From the NCBI GenBank assembly GCA_950097015.1, contig CATNEN010000038.1:18600001-18664000 (forward strand): a DNA stretch of 64,000 nucleotides, read 5' to 3'. The stretch's first letter is position 1; every line of letters starts with the position of its first letter. A program made the translations under genes and the position numbers. Below the pieces are notes generated by a model. That model searched no databases and was not told where the DNA came from. It was given only the letters and a program-made list of their open reading frames with translations. Source of the stretch: Macrostomum hystrix. Its lineage: Eukaryota > Animalia > Platyhelminthes. This document shows, in pieces, positions 11,790 through 25,306 of this stretch.

Positions 11790-14700
11790 TCACTGCTTGT
11801 CAAACTCATCGGCGTCAATATCTTCTTCGTCCGACTCTTCACAGTCATCACCATCTTCTTCCTCGTAGTCACCTTCGGCGCTGCCATCGCCGCCTTCAAC
11901 AAAGAAGTGATCAAACTGAAACTGTCGCCTCTGAATGTCGTGCTCAAGATGGACTCGATCGCCTTCGAAGTCGGCCTTGCTGGCGCAATGATCAGCCAGG
12001 CGTTTAAGAAACACTTCGCCACGGCCGGGGATGCTTAAACCGGTGACCCTGTTGAACAGCTGCTCAGGTTCGGGCACCTCAGGGACTCCCTGGCGGCCAA
12101 AGAAAGCGCAAACGTTGCGACAGTCGCGAAACAGAAAGTCGAGAGCCCTAGGATGCTCGCGATCCACGGCCTGGCAATGGAGAGATTGGGATCTGATGAT
12201 GGGATATAGTAGGATTGGGGATCTGATGATGGTAGATAGTAGGATTGGGGATCTGATGATGGGATATAGTAGGATTGGGGATCTGATGATGGTAGATAGT
12301 AGGATTGGGGATCTGATGATGGTAGATAGTAGGATTGGGGATCTGATGATGGTAGATAGTAGGATTGGGGATCTGATGATGGTAGATAGTAGGATTGGGG
12401 ATCTGATGATGGGAGATAGTAGGATTGGGGATCTGATGATGGTAGATAGTAGGATTAGGGATCTGATGATGGGATATAGTAGGATTGGGGATATGATGTT
12501 GTCAGATAGTAGGATTAGGGATCTGATGTTGGGAGATAGTAGGATTAGGGATCTGATGATGGGATATAGTAGGATTGGGGATTTGATGTTGTCAGATAGT
12601 AGGATTAGGGATCTGATGTTGGGAGATAGTAGGATTAGGGATCTGATGTTGGGAGATAGTAGGATTGGGGATTTGATGTTGTCAGATAGTAGGATTGGGG
12701 ATCTGATGTTGGTAGATCACACAGCAAGTGCACCTGGGACACGTCGATGATCCAGACGGTGCTGCGCCACCACAGCAGGTTGTACTCGCTGAAGTCTGCA
12801 TGCACAAGGCGGCATTCGTTGTACAGCCTGGCCAGATGGCTTGCAGTCTGGTCCCACGCGCTTCGCCACTCCAGCTGCTCGAGCCGGCAGTCTTTGAGTC
12901 GCGGCGCCGCGGTGCCAGCTTCGCCGATGAAGCTCATCACCAGGACGTGGCCTCGGAGAAGCAGCGGCGTCGGGCAGGGCAGGCCGAGCTTCAACAATCG
13001 GCGAAGACTGAGAAGCTCCTTCTCACACCAGACTCGCATGACCTGATCGGTAAATTTGAGATGTTGTGTGTAATTGTTCTTGGGTAGGGGGCGAATAAAA
13101 TCAAGCTCTAATTCGCAATCAAATCTACCTTGCGCGGATTCTGCCACCTCAGCGAGTCCTTGCAGACGCGAACATCGCCAGTGACATAGTCTGACCGGGC
13201 CTTGAATTCGTTTAACGAAGTTTTGAACACCTTGACGGCCACCTCCTTTGGCATCGGCTTGCCGCCCGGAGTGGTTGCAGACGGGTCGCAGTAGGCGTGC
13301 AGCACCTGACAGAGTTGACAACCGGGTTGCCATGGCAACTATAGACCCAATCCTATTGTGACCCAAATCTGACACTACGGATTTAGCCTAAAATCTACCA
13401 CACACTTCCCTTTGAATCTACCTCCAGACAACCCACTAAATCTACCCCCACACTAACTTCTGAACCTACCCCCACTACCCTCAGAATATACCCCACCCCA
13501 CTACCCTATGATTCTACCCCGCACTACCCTCTGAATCTACCACAAAACAAGCTACCCTCTGAATCTACCACAAAACTAGCTACCCTCTGAATCTACCCCA
13601 AAACAAGCTACCCTCTGAATCTACCACAAAACTAGCTACCCTCTGAATCTACCCCAAAACAAGCTACCCTCTGAATCTACCACAAAACTAGCTACCCTCT
13701 GAACCTACCACAAAACTAGCTACCCTCTGAATCTACCACAAAACTAGCTACCCTCTGAACCTACCACAAAACAAGCTACCCTCTGAATCTACCACAAAAC
13801 TAGCTACCCTCTGAATCTACCACAAAACTAGCTACCCTCTGAATCTACCCCAAAACTAGCTACCCTCGGAATCTACCCCAAAACAAGCTACCCTCTGAAT
13901 CTACCCCAAAACAAGCTACCCTCTGAATCTACCCCAAAACAAGCTACCCTCTGAATCTACCCCAAAACAAGCTACCCTCTGAATCTACCACAAAACTAGC
14001 TACCCACTGAATCTACCACAAAACTAGCTACCCTCTGAATCTACCCCAAAACTAGCTACCCTCTGAATCTACCCCAAAACTAGCTACCCTCTGAATCTAC
14101 CCCAAAACTAGCTACCCACTGAATCTACCACAAAACTAGCTACCCTCTGAATCGACCCCAAAACAAGCTACCCTCTGAATCTAACCCAAAAAAAGCTACC
14201 CTCTGAATCTACCCCAAAACTAGCTACCCTCTGAATCTACCCCAAAACTAGCTACCCACTGAATCTACCACAAAACTAGCTACCCTCTGAATCTACCCCA
14301 AAACAAGCTACCCTCTGAATCTACCCCAAAACAAGCTACCCTCTGAATCTACCACAAAACTAGCTACCCTCTGAATCTACCCCAAAACTAGCTACCCACT
14401 GAATCTACCACAAAACTAGCTACCCTCTGAATCTACCCCAAAACAAGCTACCCTCTGAATCTACCACAAAACTAGCTACCCTCTGAATCTACCACAAAAC
14501 TAGCTACCCTCTGAATCTACCCCAAAACAAGCTACCCTCTGAATCTACCACAAAACTAGCTACCCTCTGAATCTACCACAAAACTAGCTACCCTCTGAAT
14601 CTACCCCAAAACAAGCTACCCTCTGAATCTACCACAAAACTAGCTACCCTCTGAATCTACCCCAAAACAAGCTACCCTCTGAATCTACCACAAAACTAGC

Positions 14701-17700
14701 TACCCACTGAATCTACCACAAAACAAGCTACCCTCTGAACCTACCCCAAAACAAGCTACCCTCTGCGGTCTGAAGCTCTCCGAGTCTAAGACAGCGGCGA
14801 TCATGTTCACCAGCAAAAACAAATGGCATATTCGCCCCCTGCAGCTGTATGGAAAGGACATCACCTTCCAGAAGCAAACTAAATGCCTGGGCATAACGCT
14901 CGATCACAGGCTCAGCTGGACTCCTCATGTCCATGCCAAAGCCAAAAAGGCCTTTGCGATCCTGGCGCAGCTGCGCAGGGCGGTGGGCAACACGTGGGGT
15001 CTCACCCCCAAACGCCTATGGTGGATCTACACTGCTATGGTCAGGCCGGCTGTCTCGTACGCCGGACTGATCTGGGCTAGTGCCCTGCAGCTTAAGACCT
15101 GCCATGAGACTCTTCGGAGAGTGCAAGGTCGCGCATGTCGGACGATCATGAGCGCCCCGCCATCCGCCCCCTTCGATGGCCTCAACGCCTTCTTGAACAT
15201 CCTCCCGCTCGATATCTTTATCCGCGGGGAGGCGGCAAAAACCGCCCGGCGTCTCCTTGATGCCGGTGTGCGCTTCGTCCTCCAACGAGCGGCAGCGAAG
15301 CGAAAGCTCCTGCCGCACACGGACCTTTGCCTGAGCTCGTGCTCGCTCAACCTCCTTCAGCGCTTTAAGGTTCTCATCCCCACCAGGGACCAAGTTAGCG
15401 ACCACTGGAACACCCAGGAGGTCCACTGCTACACGGACGGATCCATGAAGGATGGCTCCGCTGGCTTCGGGGTCTGTATCCTTATCAACGGACGTGTTGT
15501 CGCCACACACGCCCAACACACTGGAAAATCCTCGAGCGTTTTCCAGAACGAGGTCCTGGCCATCAGCTCCTGCGCTGCGGAGTTGAATGAGAAAAACATC
15601 TCAGGCAGGACTATCATCTTTCACTCGGACAGTCAGGCTGCTCTGCAAGCCCTCTGTCACACCACCACAACCTCCCGGACAGTCTCCGACTGTGTCCGGC
15701 AGCTCAATAACCTGGCCGGTAAGAATACCGTCAGACTTCAGTGGATACCAGGGCACGCCGGTTTCCCTGGTAACGAGCTTGCTGACCACCTGGCCAAGCA
15801 GGGAGGAGCCAGCTCTGCGCCGGGCCCCTCCCCCCCGGCTCCGATTCCGAGCACCGTCATTTATCGTCAGATTAATGATTGGACCGCCAACCTCCATCTT
15901 ACCCGGTGGAGAAGCACCACTAACTGCCGCCAATCCAAAGCGGCAGTTCCAGTGCCATCCGCTCGGCTCCGGAAGGTCCTTCTGAACCAGACCCGGAAGG
16001 ACATCCGGGCCCTCACCATGACCCTCACGGGCCATGGCTGCTACGCCAGACACTGTTTCCTCCGTGGAGACCTCCGGAGGGAGCTGTGCCCTTTCTGCAA
16101 CCTTGAGGACGAGGATGCCCTGCACTTCGTCTGTCACTGCCCTTTCTTCACCAGAGAGAGGCTTAATCACCTCGGACCAAACCCATCCATGGACGATGTT
16201 TGCAGATCCGAGAACATCCCGCGGCTCGTCCGGTTCCTAAGGGCTACCAGACGAGCCTCTTTCTTCCCCAGCGAGGAACAAGCTGCAGGAAGGACCGAAC
16301 ACGGACCTCCCTGACTAACCCCGCGCCATCGGCCGATTGCGGGTCTTTCAGGGATTAGCGGAATGGGCGACTCTCGCCTCCCCGCTGCGTCCGTCGGACC
16401 GCCCTGCAGATAAGTCAAGTAAGTCAAGCTACCCTCTGAATCTACCACAAAACTAGCTACCCTCTGAATCTACCACAAAACAAGCAACCCTCTGAATCTA
16501 CCACAAAACAAGCTACCCTCTGAACCTACCACAAAACTAGCTACCCTCTGAATCTACCCTTAAAATTAACTACCCTCTGAATCAGCTGGTGACCGCGCAC
16601 CAAGATCCCCGAGCTCCATTCCGCGGCTAGGCCACAATAATTTGGGGCGCAGTCGCGGAAACAAGGCTTAGAGAGGACATTGTGGGTTAACCTCCAAGGC
16701 ACAATGAGAGTGTACACTGCCTGACCACGAGAAAGTCAGGACTGACGTACACACCTCAGGAGTCTCAGAAGTAAGGAGTCAACGGAATAGGACAGAATAG
16801 ACTCAACGCTGGCTGCGGGTCTGGTGTCACCGAACGATGTGGCAGTGCTGTGGTCGTTACCAGGCAACTCACCACGCTCTCCTTTCCCGTGGCCATAACG
16901 CCGCCCAGACTCTCCACCCGACCCGAATTGATCAGCTTGAATAGAATCGCTCTGGTCTTCTCGTCCACCGCCGACTCGGCTGTGCTCCGCTCCTGCTTGT
17001 CGTGCACCCGAGCCTGTCGCCTCTCGGACACATCGGCGTGCAGTTTCAGAGCGTTGTAGACCCGATTAGTCAGGCGGACGTCCATGCCGCTGGTGTCGCC
17101 TTCGCGAAATCCTAAACCAAAATTAGACATTTTGTTTGCATTTCGTCGGCCAGTCAATTCGGCGTCGTGCTTGGTTCGAAACTCGGCGTCAATGGCGACG
17201 CCTCTGCTGCGACCTCGACTCCGGCCGGGAGCAGCATTCGCGGACGGCTTCGCTGTCTCCGACTTCCAATCAGCATCTTCGTCGTAGTCCTCGTCATCAT
17301 CATCTTCGACTGGCTCCTCGTCAGCGGTTGGCAGTCGATGATTGGCCAGAGTGACTCTAATCTATGGAATTGAATTGCTATAATGTGATTCTACTGCAGT
17401 TAGATGCATTACGTAATAGGCCAAGACCAAGGTGACAACTAACATTACTCTGTACAAACCTCTTATGCGGAATCCATCAGGTAAAAATTAAAAAATTTTG
17501 ATTGAAAAATAAACTAGGAGATTTACCTTTTGACTGCTATTAATCCTACTCTCGCTAGCGGCTAGATTCCTATTAAATTCCTGGTCAAATTCTTGTTGCA
17601 AACGCATCGCTAACGCGTGATCACTGTCAGTCTCATCTTGAATAACATTCTCTGCAGCAGCTGGCCCGGGGCCGGGTTGAGCGACTGAAGCTGCCGCGGA

Positions 17701-17943
17701 GGTTGGATTGTCGACCTCGTCAAACTGCTGCTGCAAACTTGCAGCCATGGCTTCATCTCTCAGTAGCTGCTCGATCCTCATTGACTCCTGCTCCTGCTGA
17801 ATACGATTGGCCAGTTGCTCAGACATTACATCGTTGAGCGATTCTGCTTTGGGAGCAGATACTGTGCCCCAGGCCCGAGGGGTCTGGCCTGGTGGCTGCT
17901 TTGAAATTGTGGAAATCTCAGCTGCTGGTTCTGATTGCATCAT
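11790..17943 (-). CDS. RIOK3: RIO kinase 3, 5 exons, ~590 aa
   Basis: Exons 17943-17527, 17361-16873, 13305-13129, 13042-12734 and 12170-11790, all phase 0 with GT-AG boundaries. RIOK3-type N-terminus (SLNDVMSEQLA, SDHALAMRLQQEFD, TKHD) plus RIO domain (ATGKESVV, AVKVFKT, WCEKE, LVHADFSEYNLLW, IIDVSQAV, HPRALDFLFRDC). Confidence 0.93.
12180..12716. repeat. 30-bp minisatellite filling RIOK3 intron 4 (AGGATTGGGGATCTGATGATGGTAGATAGT)
   Basis: About 18 tandem units. Confidence 0.95.
14766..16424 (+). mobile_element. 5'-truncated non-LTR retrotransposon (RT C-terminus + RNase H + Cys/His finger; Loa/I/R1-group-like)
   Basis: Starts abruptly in the RT (GLKLSESKT...KCLGITLD..LSW..H). RNase H motifs YTDGS, SVFQNE, SDSQAAL, WIPGHAG..GNELADHLAK; then LTGHG..CPFC...EDALHFVCHC; stop at 16314. 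Tail TAAGTCAAGTAAGT. 14-bp TSD CAAGCTACCCTCTG at 14752-14765 and 16425-16438. Confidence 0.92.
14803..16314 (+). CDS. Remaining ORF2 fragment of the LINE (RT thumb, RNase H, zinc finger)
   Basis: Uninterrupted 503-aa ORF with the motifs listed for the element; lacks endonuclease and most of the RT. Confidence 0.8.
   Translation: MFTSKNKWHIRPLQLYGKDITFQKQTKCLGITLDHRLSWTPHVHAKAKKAFAILAQLRRAVGNTWGLTPKRLWWIYTAMVRPAVSYAGLIWASALQLKTCHETLRRVQGRACRTIMSAPPSAPFDGLNAFLNILPLDIFIRGEAAKTARRLLDAGVRFVLQRAAAKRKLLPHTDLCLSSCSLNLLQRFKVLIPTRDQVSDHWNTQEVHCYTDGSMKDGSAGFGVCILINGRVVATHAQHTGKSSSVFQNEVLAISSCAAELNEKNISGRTIIFHSDSQAALQALCHTTTTSRTVSDCVRQLNNLAGKNTVRLQWIPGHAGFPGNELADHLAKQGGASSAPGPSPPAPIPSTVIYRQINDWTANLHLTRWRSTTNCRQSKAAVPVPSARLRKVLLNQTRKDIRALTMTLTGHGCYARHCFLRGDLRRELCPFCNLEDEDALHFVCHCPFFTRERLNHLGPNPSMDDVCRSENIPRLVRFLRATRRASFFPSEEQAAGRTEHGPP
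16582..16852 (+). mobile_element. tRNA-derived SINE family A, diverged copy (RIOK3 intron 2)
   Basis: Shares GGGGCGCAG(C/T)CGCGGAAA, AACCTCCAAGGCACA.TGAGAGTGTACACTGCCTGAC and GTGTCAC..A.GATGTG with the copy at 61707. Confidence 0.7.
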
Positions 17944-20464
17944 TGTCTGTGCGACTTTACAAAGTAGATTGCTAGAATGTTTTTAATTTTAATTAAGTGT
18001 CATACCAATAATAGGCAGATGTAAACTACACAACAAAAGGCATAAATTTTTAATAAAATTATTCAGAAGTCCAGAAATTGCCTCAAAGAGCTATAAGCAT
18101 TTACAACTAAACTTTCATGAATGTAAAAATAAAACAGGCCAAATAATAATTGTGCATTGTGCTTTAACTTTTTAATTAAAAGTACTAACTTATTAAAAAT
18201 CAACACAAAGACAAGAAAAAAAAACAAAAAAGCTATCCAAATTTGGATTGTAAACTAGTCAAGTTAGCATGCAAGTAAATGTACATAATAAAACTAAAAA
18301 CAGAAATTACTACAGTAATGATTAGCTCTTTTTCAAGCAAGATGACAAAATATACAAATGATCCTTGTCAAAGCTGCTGTTTCACCTGTTTGTTTTGCAA
18401 TATTATTTTCATTTTGAAATAGGGGCACAGGGCCAAATTTTTATTGTGCCTTCATATTTGTTCTAATGTGTTAGAACTTAGAATGCCATAAATATAATTG
18501 GACATCATATGTGAACATAACATAATTCACATAATTAACAGATGGCCGGCTTGTATATGAAGGCCTATGCAACCATGGCATTATTAATCATAGACTTAAT
18601 ACACAAAAAGAAACAATTGAATAAACATGGACTTATGCCAAAACAAAATTCAGGAAAATAAATAGCGCCTCAACTACCTAAGGGAATATATATGGTGTTA
18701 GCTTTAACTAAAAATGTGTTTAGAGACTGGGTTGCATAAAATTGTCAATGATAAAAACATTCAAATAACTTACTAAGCTTAATAGTAAAAATGTAATGAC
18801 TGTACATAGTTGAAAATAATTTCGCTATCTTGAATCTTAAACTTAAATCTTAACTGACAAAATTCAAAATCATGATGGGTTATAGTATGCCTATGACACG
18901 AACAAGCAGAAACTTTTCACCTAAGTTGATTACTTAATAAGTAGATGCGTCGCAAAAAAAAGTGTTAAGCGCCAGTCGACGATAAAAAAACAATGACACC
19001 GCAGAACGCTAGCTATCTCTCTTCTGCTAGGATAGATTGTTAACCGTTGATCTTTATTCAGCAGAGCTTATGCTTATGTGCTTATGGCCTATGAAGTCCG
19101 ATAGATATAGATAAGTTAGGCCTATAAGAATTTATAGAATATGATCAACTTGAGTTGGGAAAGTGTCATATGTATTGCGCCACAGTACGCAAGTCTTTTT
19201 AAGAATTAAAATAGAGTCTTAAAAAATATATAATTTTTTTGTGACTCAGAAACTTATTTATTCTTGAAAGCCATATACTTGCAAAAATTCAAAAGTAAAC
19301 TTTGTTTAATCTAGTAGAATCCGCTAGATTTTCATGATCCGTCAATTAGCGTATGATTTTATATGGAATATTAGAGTAAGAGCATTATTTTTTAATCAAT
19401 GGCCATTACCTTGATTCATAATTTTTGTGTTACTACCTAACTTCAAGGACTACTTAAGTAGACAATTCAGGCGTCCTTGACTAACTTATGAACATCATTC
19501 TACAGTTGCAAGAGGTGACGTAGATAATAGTATGATTGGTGATATGAGTGTCAATCGGGTGTTCTTTTGAAATTCAAGTTCTTATTATGTGTCGATCGTA
19601 TAAGCCAAGTAACACTTGTAGGATTTATTGGATCGTGGGATTTAAAAATAACATTTTTAGACCGGTTATTTTTTTCATCAGATTTATACATTTTAGAAAA
19701 ATGGGATTGTCTTTAGCAAATGTTTATAGACAAACAATTGAAGTAATAATCTACAATCCTTCTTGATTTTGCTTGGCAAGGCCTAAAATTTACATGTCGT
19801 CTTTGTTTGTAAAGCCCTGTTGCATGGATAAGGAATATTAACCAGCTTTCTAGCTTTTGAAAGAACCCTGTATATATACATTATGATTTTTAGGCTCCAA
19901 TACTTGTAGTTTACTCCTTATGGCTTCGCCTCGGCTAAGAAACGAATCCGTAGCCTTGCTTCCTGGCAATAGAAATGAATAAACTGGGGAGTAATATAAT
20001 TATGCTTGGTCGAATAATTAATTTTAACGAGTTTAACTCTTGTTAATTGGCCATTTATAAATAAGATCGGTCGAATGAATTATAGATAGAAATTGAATAG
20101 GCGATTTAGATTTAGATAGAAATTGAATAGGCTTAGAACCGCTGGGGGGTCATATTTTTTGGCAAGAGTAGGCTATAGAAATTAGGCGGGGTGGTGGGTG
20201 TCTGACAGTTTACCTAACAATGGGCCGGAACTGGAAAGGTAAAGTACAATTTTTTTAGGGTTCAGGCTAGTTTATGGGCACGGGACAGTATTGGCTCAGC
20301 ATTGCAAGGCCCTGCCAGTCCAATTCGCATCACTTTAAGAATTCAATGATCATTAGATTATTTTACTAGCATGTTTTGCCCCCCTTCGGGGAGCAGAAAT
20401 ATTTTTAATTCGTCTTGTATATACTGTTTAGCAGCTGAATTTACAGCTTTTTAAAGCTAAAATA

Positions 20465-22432
20465 AACCCCCAGTTGACAATGATCCCCCAGTTGATGATG
20501 ATCCCCCAGTTGACAATGAACCCCCAGTTGACAATGATCCCCAGTTGACAATGATCCCCCAGTTGATGATAATCCCCCAGTTGACAATGATCCCCCAGTT
20601 GACAATGAACCCCCAGTTGACAATGATCCCCAGTTGACAATGATCCCCCAGTTCACAATGATCCCCTTGTTGACAATGATCCCCCAGTTGATGATAATCC
20701 CCCAGTTGACAATGATCCCCCAGTTGACAATGATCCCCAGTTGACAATGATCCCCCAGTTCACAATGATCCCCTTGTTGACAATGATCCCCCAGTTGACA
20801 ATGATCCCACAGTTGACAATGATCCCCCAGTTGATGATGATCCCCCAGTTGACAATGATCCCCCAGTTGACAATGATCCCCCAGTTGACAATGATCTCAC
20901 AGTTGACAATGATCCCCCAGTTTACAATGATCCCCCAGTTGACAATGATCCCCCAGTTGACAATGATCACCCAGTTGACAATGATCTCACAGTTGACAAT
21001 GATCCCCAAGTTGACCATGATCCCCCAGTTGACAATGATCCCCCAGTTGACAATGATCACCCAGTTGACAATGATCACCCAGTTGACAATGATCCCCCAG
21101 TTGACAATGATCCCCCAGTTGACAATGATCCCCAGTTGACAATGATCCCCCAGTTCACAATGATCCCCCAGTTGACAATGATCCCCCAGTTGACAATGAT
21201 CCCCCAGTTGACAATGATCCCCCAGTTGACAATGATCCCCAGTTGACAATGATCCCCCAGTTCACAATGATCCCCTTGTTGACAATGATCCCCCAGTTGA
21301 CAATGATCCCCCAGTTGACAATGATCCCCCAGTTGACAATGATCCCCCCAGTTGACAATGATCCCCCAGTTGACAATCATTCCCAAGTTGACAATGATCC
21401 CCCAGTTGATAATGATACCCCAGTTGACAATGATCCCCCAGTTGACAATGATCCCCCAGTTGACAATGATCTCCCAGTTGACAATGATCCCCCAGTTGAC
21501 AATGAACACCCATTTGACAATCATTCCCAAGTTGACAATGATCCCCCAGTTGATAATGATACCCCAGTTGACAATGAACACCCATTTGACAATCATTCCC
21601 AAGTTGACAATGATCCCCCAGTTGATAATGATACCCCAGTTGACAATGATCCCTCAGTTGACAATGATCCCCCAGTTGACAATGATCACCCAGTTGACAA
21701 TGATCCCCCAGTTGACAATGTTCCCCCAGTTGACAATGATCCCCAGTTGACAATGATCCCCCAGTTGACAATGTTCCCCCAGTTGACAATGATCCCCAGT
21801 TGACAATGATCCCCCAGTTCACAATGATCCCCTTGTTGACAATGATCCCCCAGTTGACAATGATCCCACAGTTGACAATGATCCCCCAGTTTACAATGAT
21901 CCCCCAGTTGATGATGATCCCCCAGTCGACAATTATCTCTCAGTTGACTATGATCCCCCAGTTGACAATGATCCCCCAGTTGACATTGACAATGATCTCC
22001 CAGTTGACAATGATCCCCCAGTTGACAATTATCCCCCAGTTAACCATGATCCCGCATTTGATGATGACTCCCCAGTTGACAATTATCCCCCAGTTGACAA
22101 CTATCCCCCCGTTGACAATGATCCTCCAGTTGACCATGATCCCCCAGTTGACGATTATCCCCCAGTCGACAATTATCTCTCAGTTGACTATGATCCCCCA
22201 TTGATGGTGATCCCAGTTGACAATGTTCCCCCAGTTGAACATGATCCCCTAGTTGACAATGATCCCCTAGTTGATTATGATCCCGCATTTGGTGATGTTT
22301 CCCCGTGACAATTATCCCCCAGTTGACAATTATCCCCCAGTTGCCAATGATCCTCCAGTTGACAATGATCCCCCAGTTGACAATTATCCCCCAGTTTACC
22401 ATGATCCCCCAGTTGACGATTATCCACCAGTT
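20465..22432. repeat. 18-bp satellite (AGTTGACAATGATCCCCC) in Helitron copy 1; also 25990-27195 and 30975-31930
   Basis: Tandem arrays at the same position in all three copies. Confidence 0.95.
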
Positions 22433-25306
22433 CTGGTTTAGCAATGATTCAAACGCTGGGTTAGCCATGATTCAAACTCTGGTTTTGCCATGATTCAAAC
22501 TCTGGTTTAGCCATGATTCAAACTCTGGTTTAGCCATGATTCAGAATCTAGTTTAGCCATGATTCAGACGCTGGTTTAGCTATGATTCAAACTCTGGTTT
22601 AGCCATGATTCAGACGCTGGTTTAGCTATGATTTAAACTCTGGTTTAGCCATGATTCAGACTCTGGTGTAGCCATGATTCAGACTCTGGTTTAGCCATGA
22701 TTCAGACTCTGGTTTAGCCATGATTCAGACTCTGGTTTAGCTATGAGCCATGATTCAGACTCCGGTGTAGCCATGATTCAGACTCTGGTTTAGCCATGAT
22801 TCAAACTCTGTTTTAGCTATGATTCAAACTCTGGTTTTGCCATGATCCAGACGCTTGTTTAGCTATGATTCAAACTCTGGTTTAGCTATGAGCCATGATT
22901 CAGACTCTGGTGTAGCCATGAATCAGACTCTGGTTTAGCCATGATTCAAACTCTGGTTTAGCTATGATTTAAACTCTGGTTTTGCCATGATTCAAACTCT
23001 GGTTTAGCCATGATTCAGACTCTGGTTTAGCCATGATCCAGACTCTGGTTTAGCCATGATTCAGACTCTGGTTTAGCCATGATTCAGACTCTGGTTTAGC
23101 CTTGATTCAGACTCTGGTTTAGCCATGATTCAGACTCTGGTGTAGCCATGATTCAGACTCTGGTGTAGCCATGATTCAGACTCTGGTTTAGCCATGATTC
23201 AGACTCTGGTTTAGCCATGATTCAGACTCTGGTTTAGCCATGATTCAGACTCTGGTTTAGCTATGATTCAGACTCTGGTTTAGCCTTGATTCAGACTCTG
23301 GTTTTGCCATGATTCAGACTCTGGTTTAGCTATGATTCAGACTCTGGTTTAGCCATGATTCAAACTCTGGTTTAGCCATGATTCAGACTCTGGTTTAGCT
23401 ATGATTCAAACTCTGGTTTAGCTATGATTCAAACTCTGGTTTAGCCATGATTCAGACTCTGGTTTAGCCATGATTCAGACTCTGGTTTAGCCATGATTCA
23501 GACTCTGGTTTAGCTATGATTCAGACTCTGGTTTAGCCATGATCCAGACTCTGGTTTAGCCATGATTCAGACGCTGGTTTAGCCATGATTGAAACTCTGG
23601 TTTAGCCATGCTGATGATGATGGTTTAGCCATGATTCAGACTCTGGTTTAACCATGATTCAAACTCTGGTGTAGCCATGATTTAGTCTCTGGTTTAGCCA
23701 TGATTTAAACTCTGGTTTAGCCATGATTCAGACTCTGGTTTAGCCATGATTCAGACTCTGGTTTAGCTATGATTCAGACTCTGGTTTAGCCATGATTCAA
23801 ACTCTGGTTTAGCCATGATTCAGACTCTGGTTTAGCTATGATTCAGACTCTGGTTTAGCCATGATTCAAACTCTGGTTTAGCCATGATTCAGACTCTGGT
23901 TTAGCTATGATTCAGACTCTGGTGTAGCCATGATTCAGACTCTGGTTTAGCCATGATTCAGACTCTGGTTTAGCTATGATTCAGACTCTGGTTTAGCCAT
24001 GATTCAGACTCTGGTGTAGCCATGATTCAGACTCTGGTTTAGCCATGATTCAGACTCTGGTTTAGCCATGATCCAGACTCTGGTTTAGCCATGATTCAGA
24101 CGCTGGTTCAGCCATGATTGAAACTCTGGTTTAGCCATGCTGATGATGATGGTTTAGCCATGATTCAGACTCTGGTTTAACCATGATTCAAACTCTGGTG
24201 TAGCCATGATTCAGACTCTGGTTTAGCCATGATTTAAACTCTGGTTTAGCCATGATTCAGACTCTGGTTTAGCCATGATTCAGACTCTGGTTTAGCTATG
24301 ATTCAGACTCTGGTTTAGCCATGATTCAAACTCTGGTTTAGCCATGATTCAGACTCTGGTTTAGCTATGATTCAGACTCTGGTTTAGCCATGATTCAAAC
24401 TCTGGTTTAGCCATGATTCAGACTCTGGTTTAGCCATGATTCAAACTCTGGTTTAGCCATGATTCAAACTCTGGTTTAGCCATGATTCAGACTCTGGTGT
24501 AGCCATGATTCAGACTCTGGTTTAGCCATGATTCAGACTCTGGTTTAGCTATGATTCAGACTCTGGTTTAGCCATGATTGAAACTCTGGTTTAGCCATGA
24601 TTCAGACGCTGGTTTAGCCATGATTGAAACTCTGGTTTAGCCATGCTGATGATGATGGTTTAGCCATGATTCAGACTCTGGTTTAACCATGATTCAAACT
24701 CTGGTGTAGCCATGATTTAGTCTCTGGTTTAGCCATGATTCAAACTCTGGTTTAGCCATGCTGATGATGATGGTTTAACCATGATTCAAACTCTGGTGTA
24801 GCCATGATTTAGTCTCTGGTTTAGCCATGATTCAGACTCTGGTTTAGCCATGATTCAGACTCTGGTTTAGCTATGATTCAGACTCTGGTTTAGCTATGAT
24901 TCAAACTCTGGTTTAGCCATGATTCAAACTCTGGTTTTGCCATGATTCAGACGCTTGTTTAGCCATGATTCAAACTCTGGTTTAGCTATGATTCAAACTT
25001 TGGTTTAGCCATGATTCAGACTCTGGTTTTGCCATGATTCAGACTGGTTTAGCCATGATTCAGACTCTGGTTTAGCCATGATTCAGACTCTGGTTTAGCC
25101 ATGATTCAGACTCTAGTTTAGCCATGATTCAAGATCTGGTTTAGCCATGATTCAAGATCTGGTTTAGCCATGATTCAAACTCTGGGTTAGCCATGATTCA
25201 GACGCTGGTTTAGCCATGATTCAGACTCTGGTTTGGCCATGATTCAGACTCTGGTTTAGCCATGATTCAGACTCTGGTTTAGCCATGATTCAAACTCTGG
25301 TTTAGC
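22433..25306. repeat. 23-bp satellite (CCATGATTCAGACTCTGGTTTAG) in Helitron copy 1; also 27205-30290 and 31940-35495
   Basis: Arrays of more than 100 units in each copy. Confidence 0.95.

Larger units (their letters stand above)
13390..16582. repeat. 28-bp minisatellite in RIOK3 intron 2 (CTACCCTCTGAATCTACCACAAAACTAG), interrupted by a LINE
   Basis: Array runs 13390-14765 and resumes at 16425-16582. Confidence 0.95.

Noticed and set aside
12180-14765. Inverted relationship between the RIOK3 intron-4 and intron-2 arrays
   Set aside because: Only TGGTAGAT is shared between 30- and 28-bp units; too little to claim.
18000-20360. Possible transposon remnants or gene in the AT-rich interval upstream of RIOK3
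   Set aside because: No termini, TSD or coding motif could be supported by eye.
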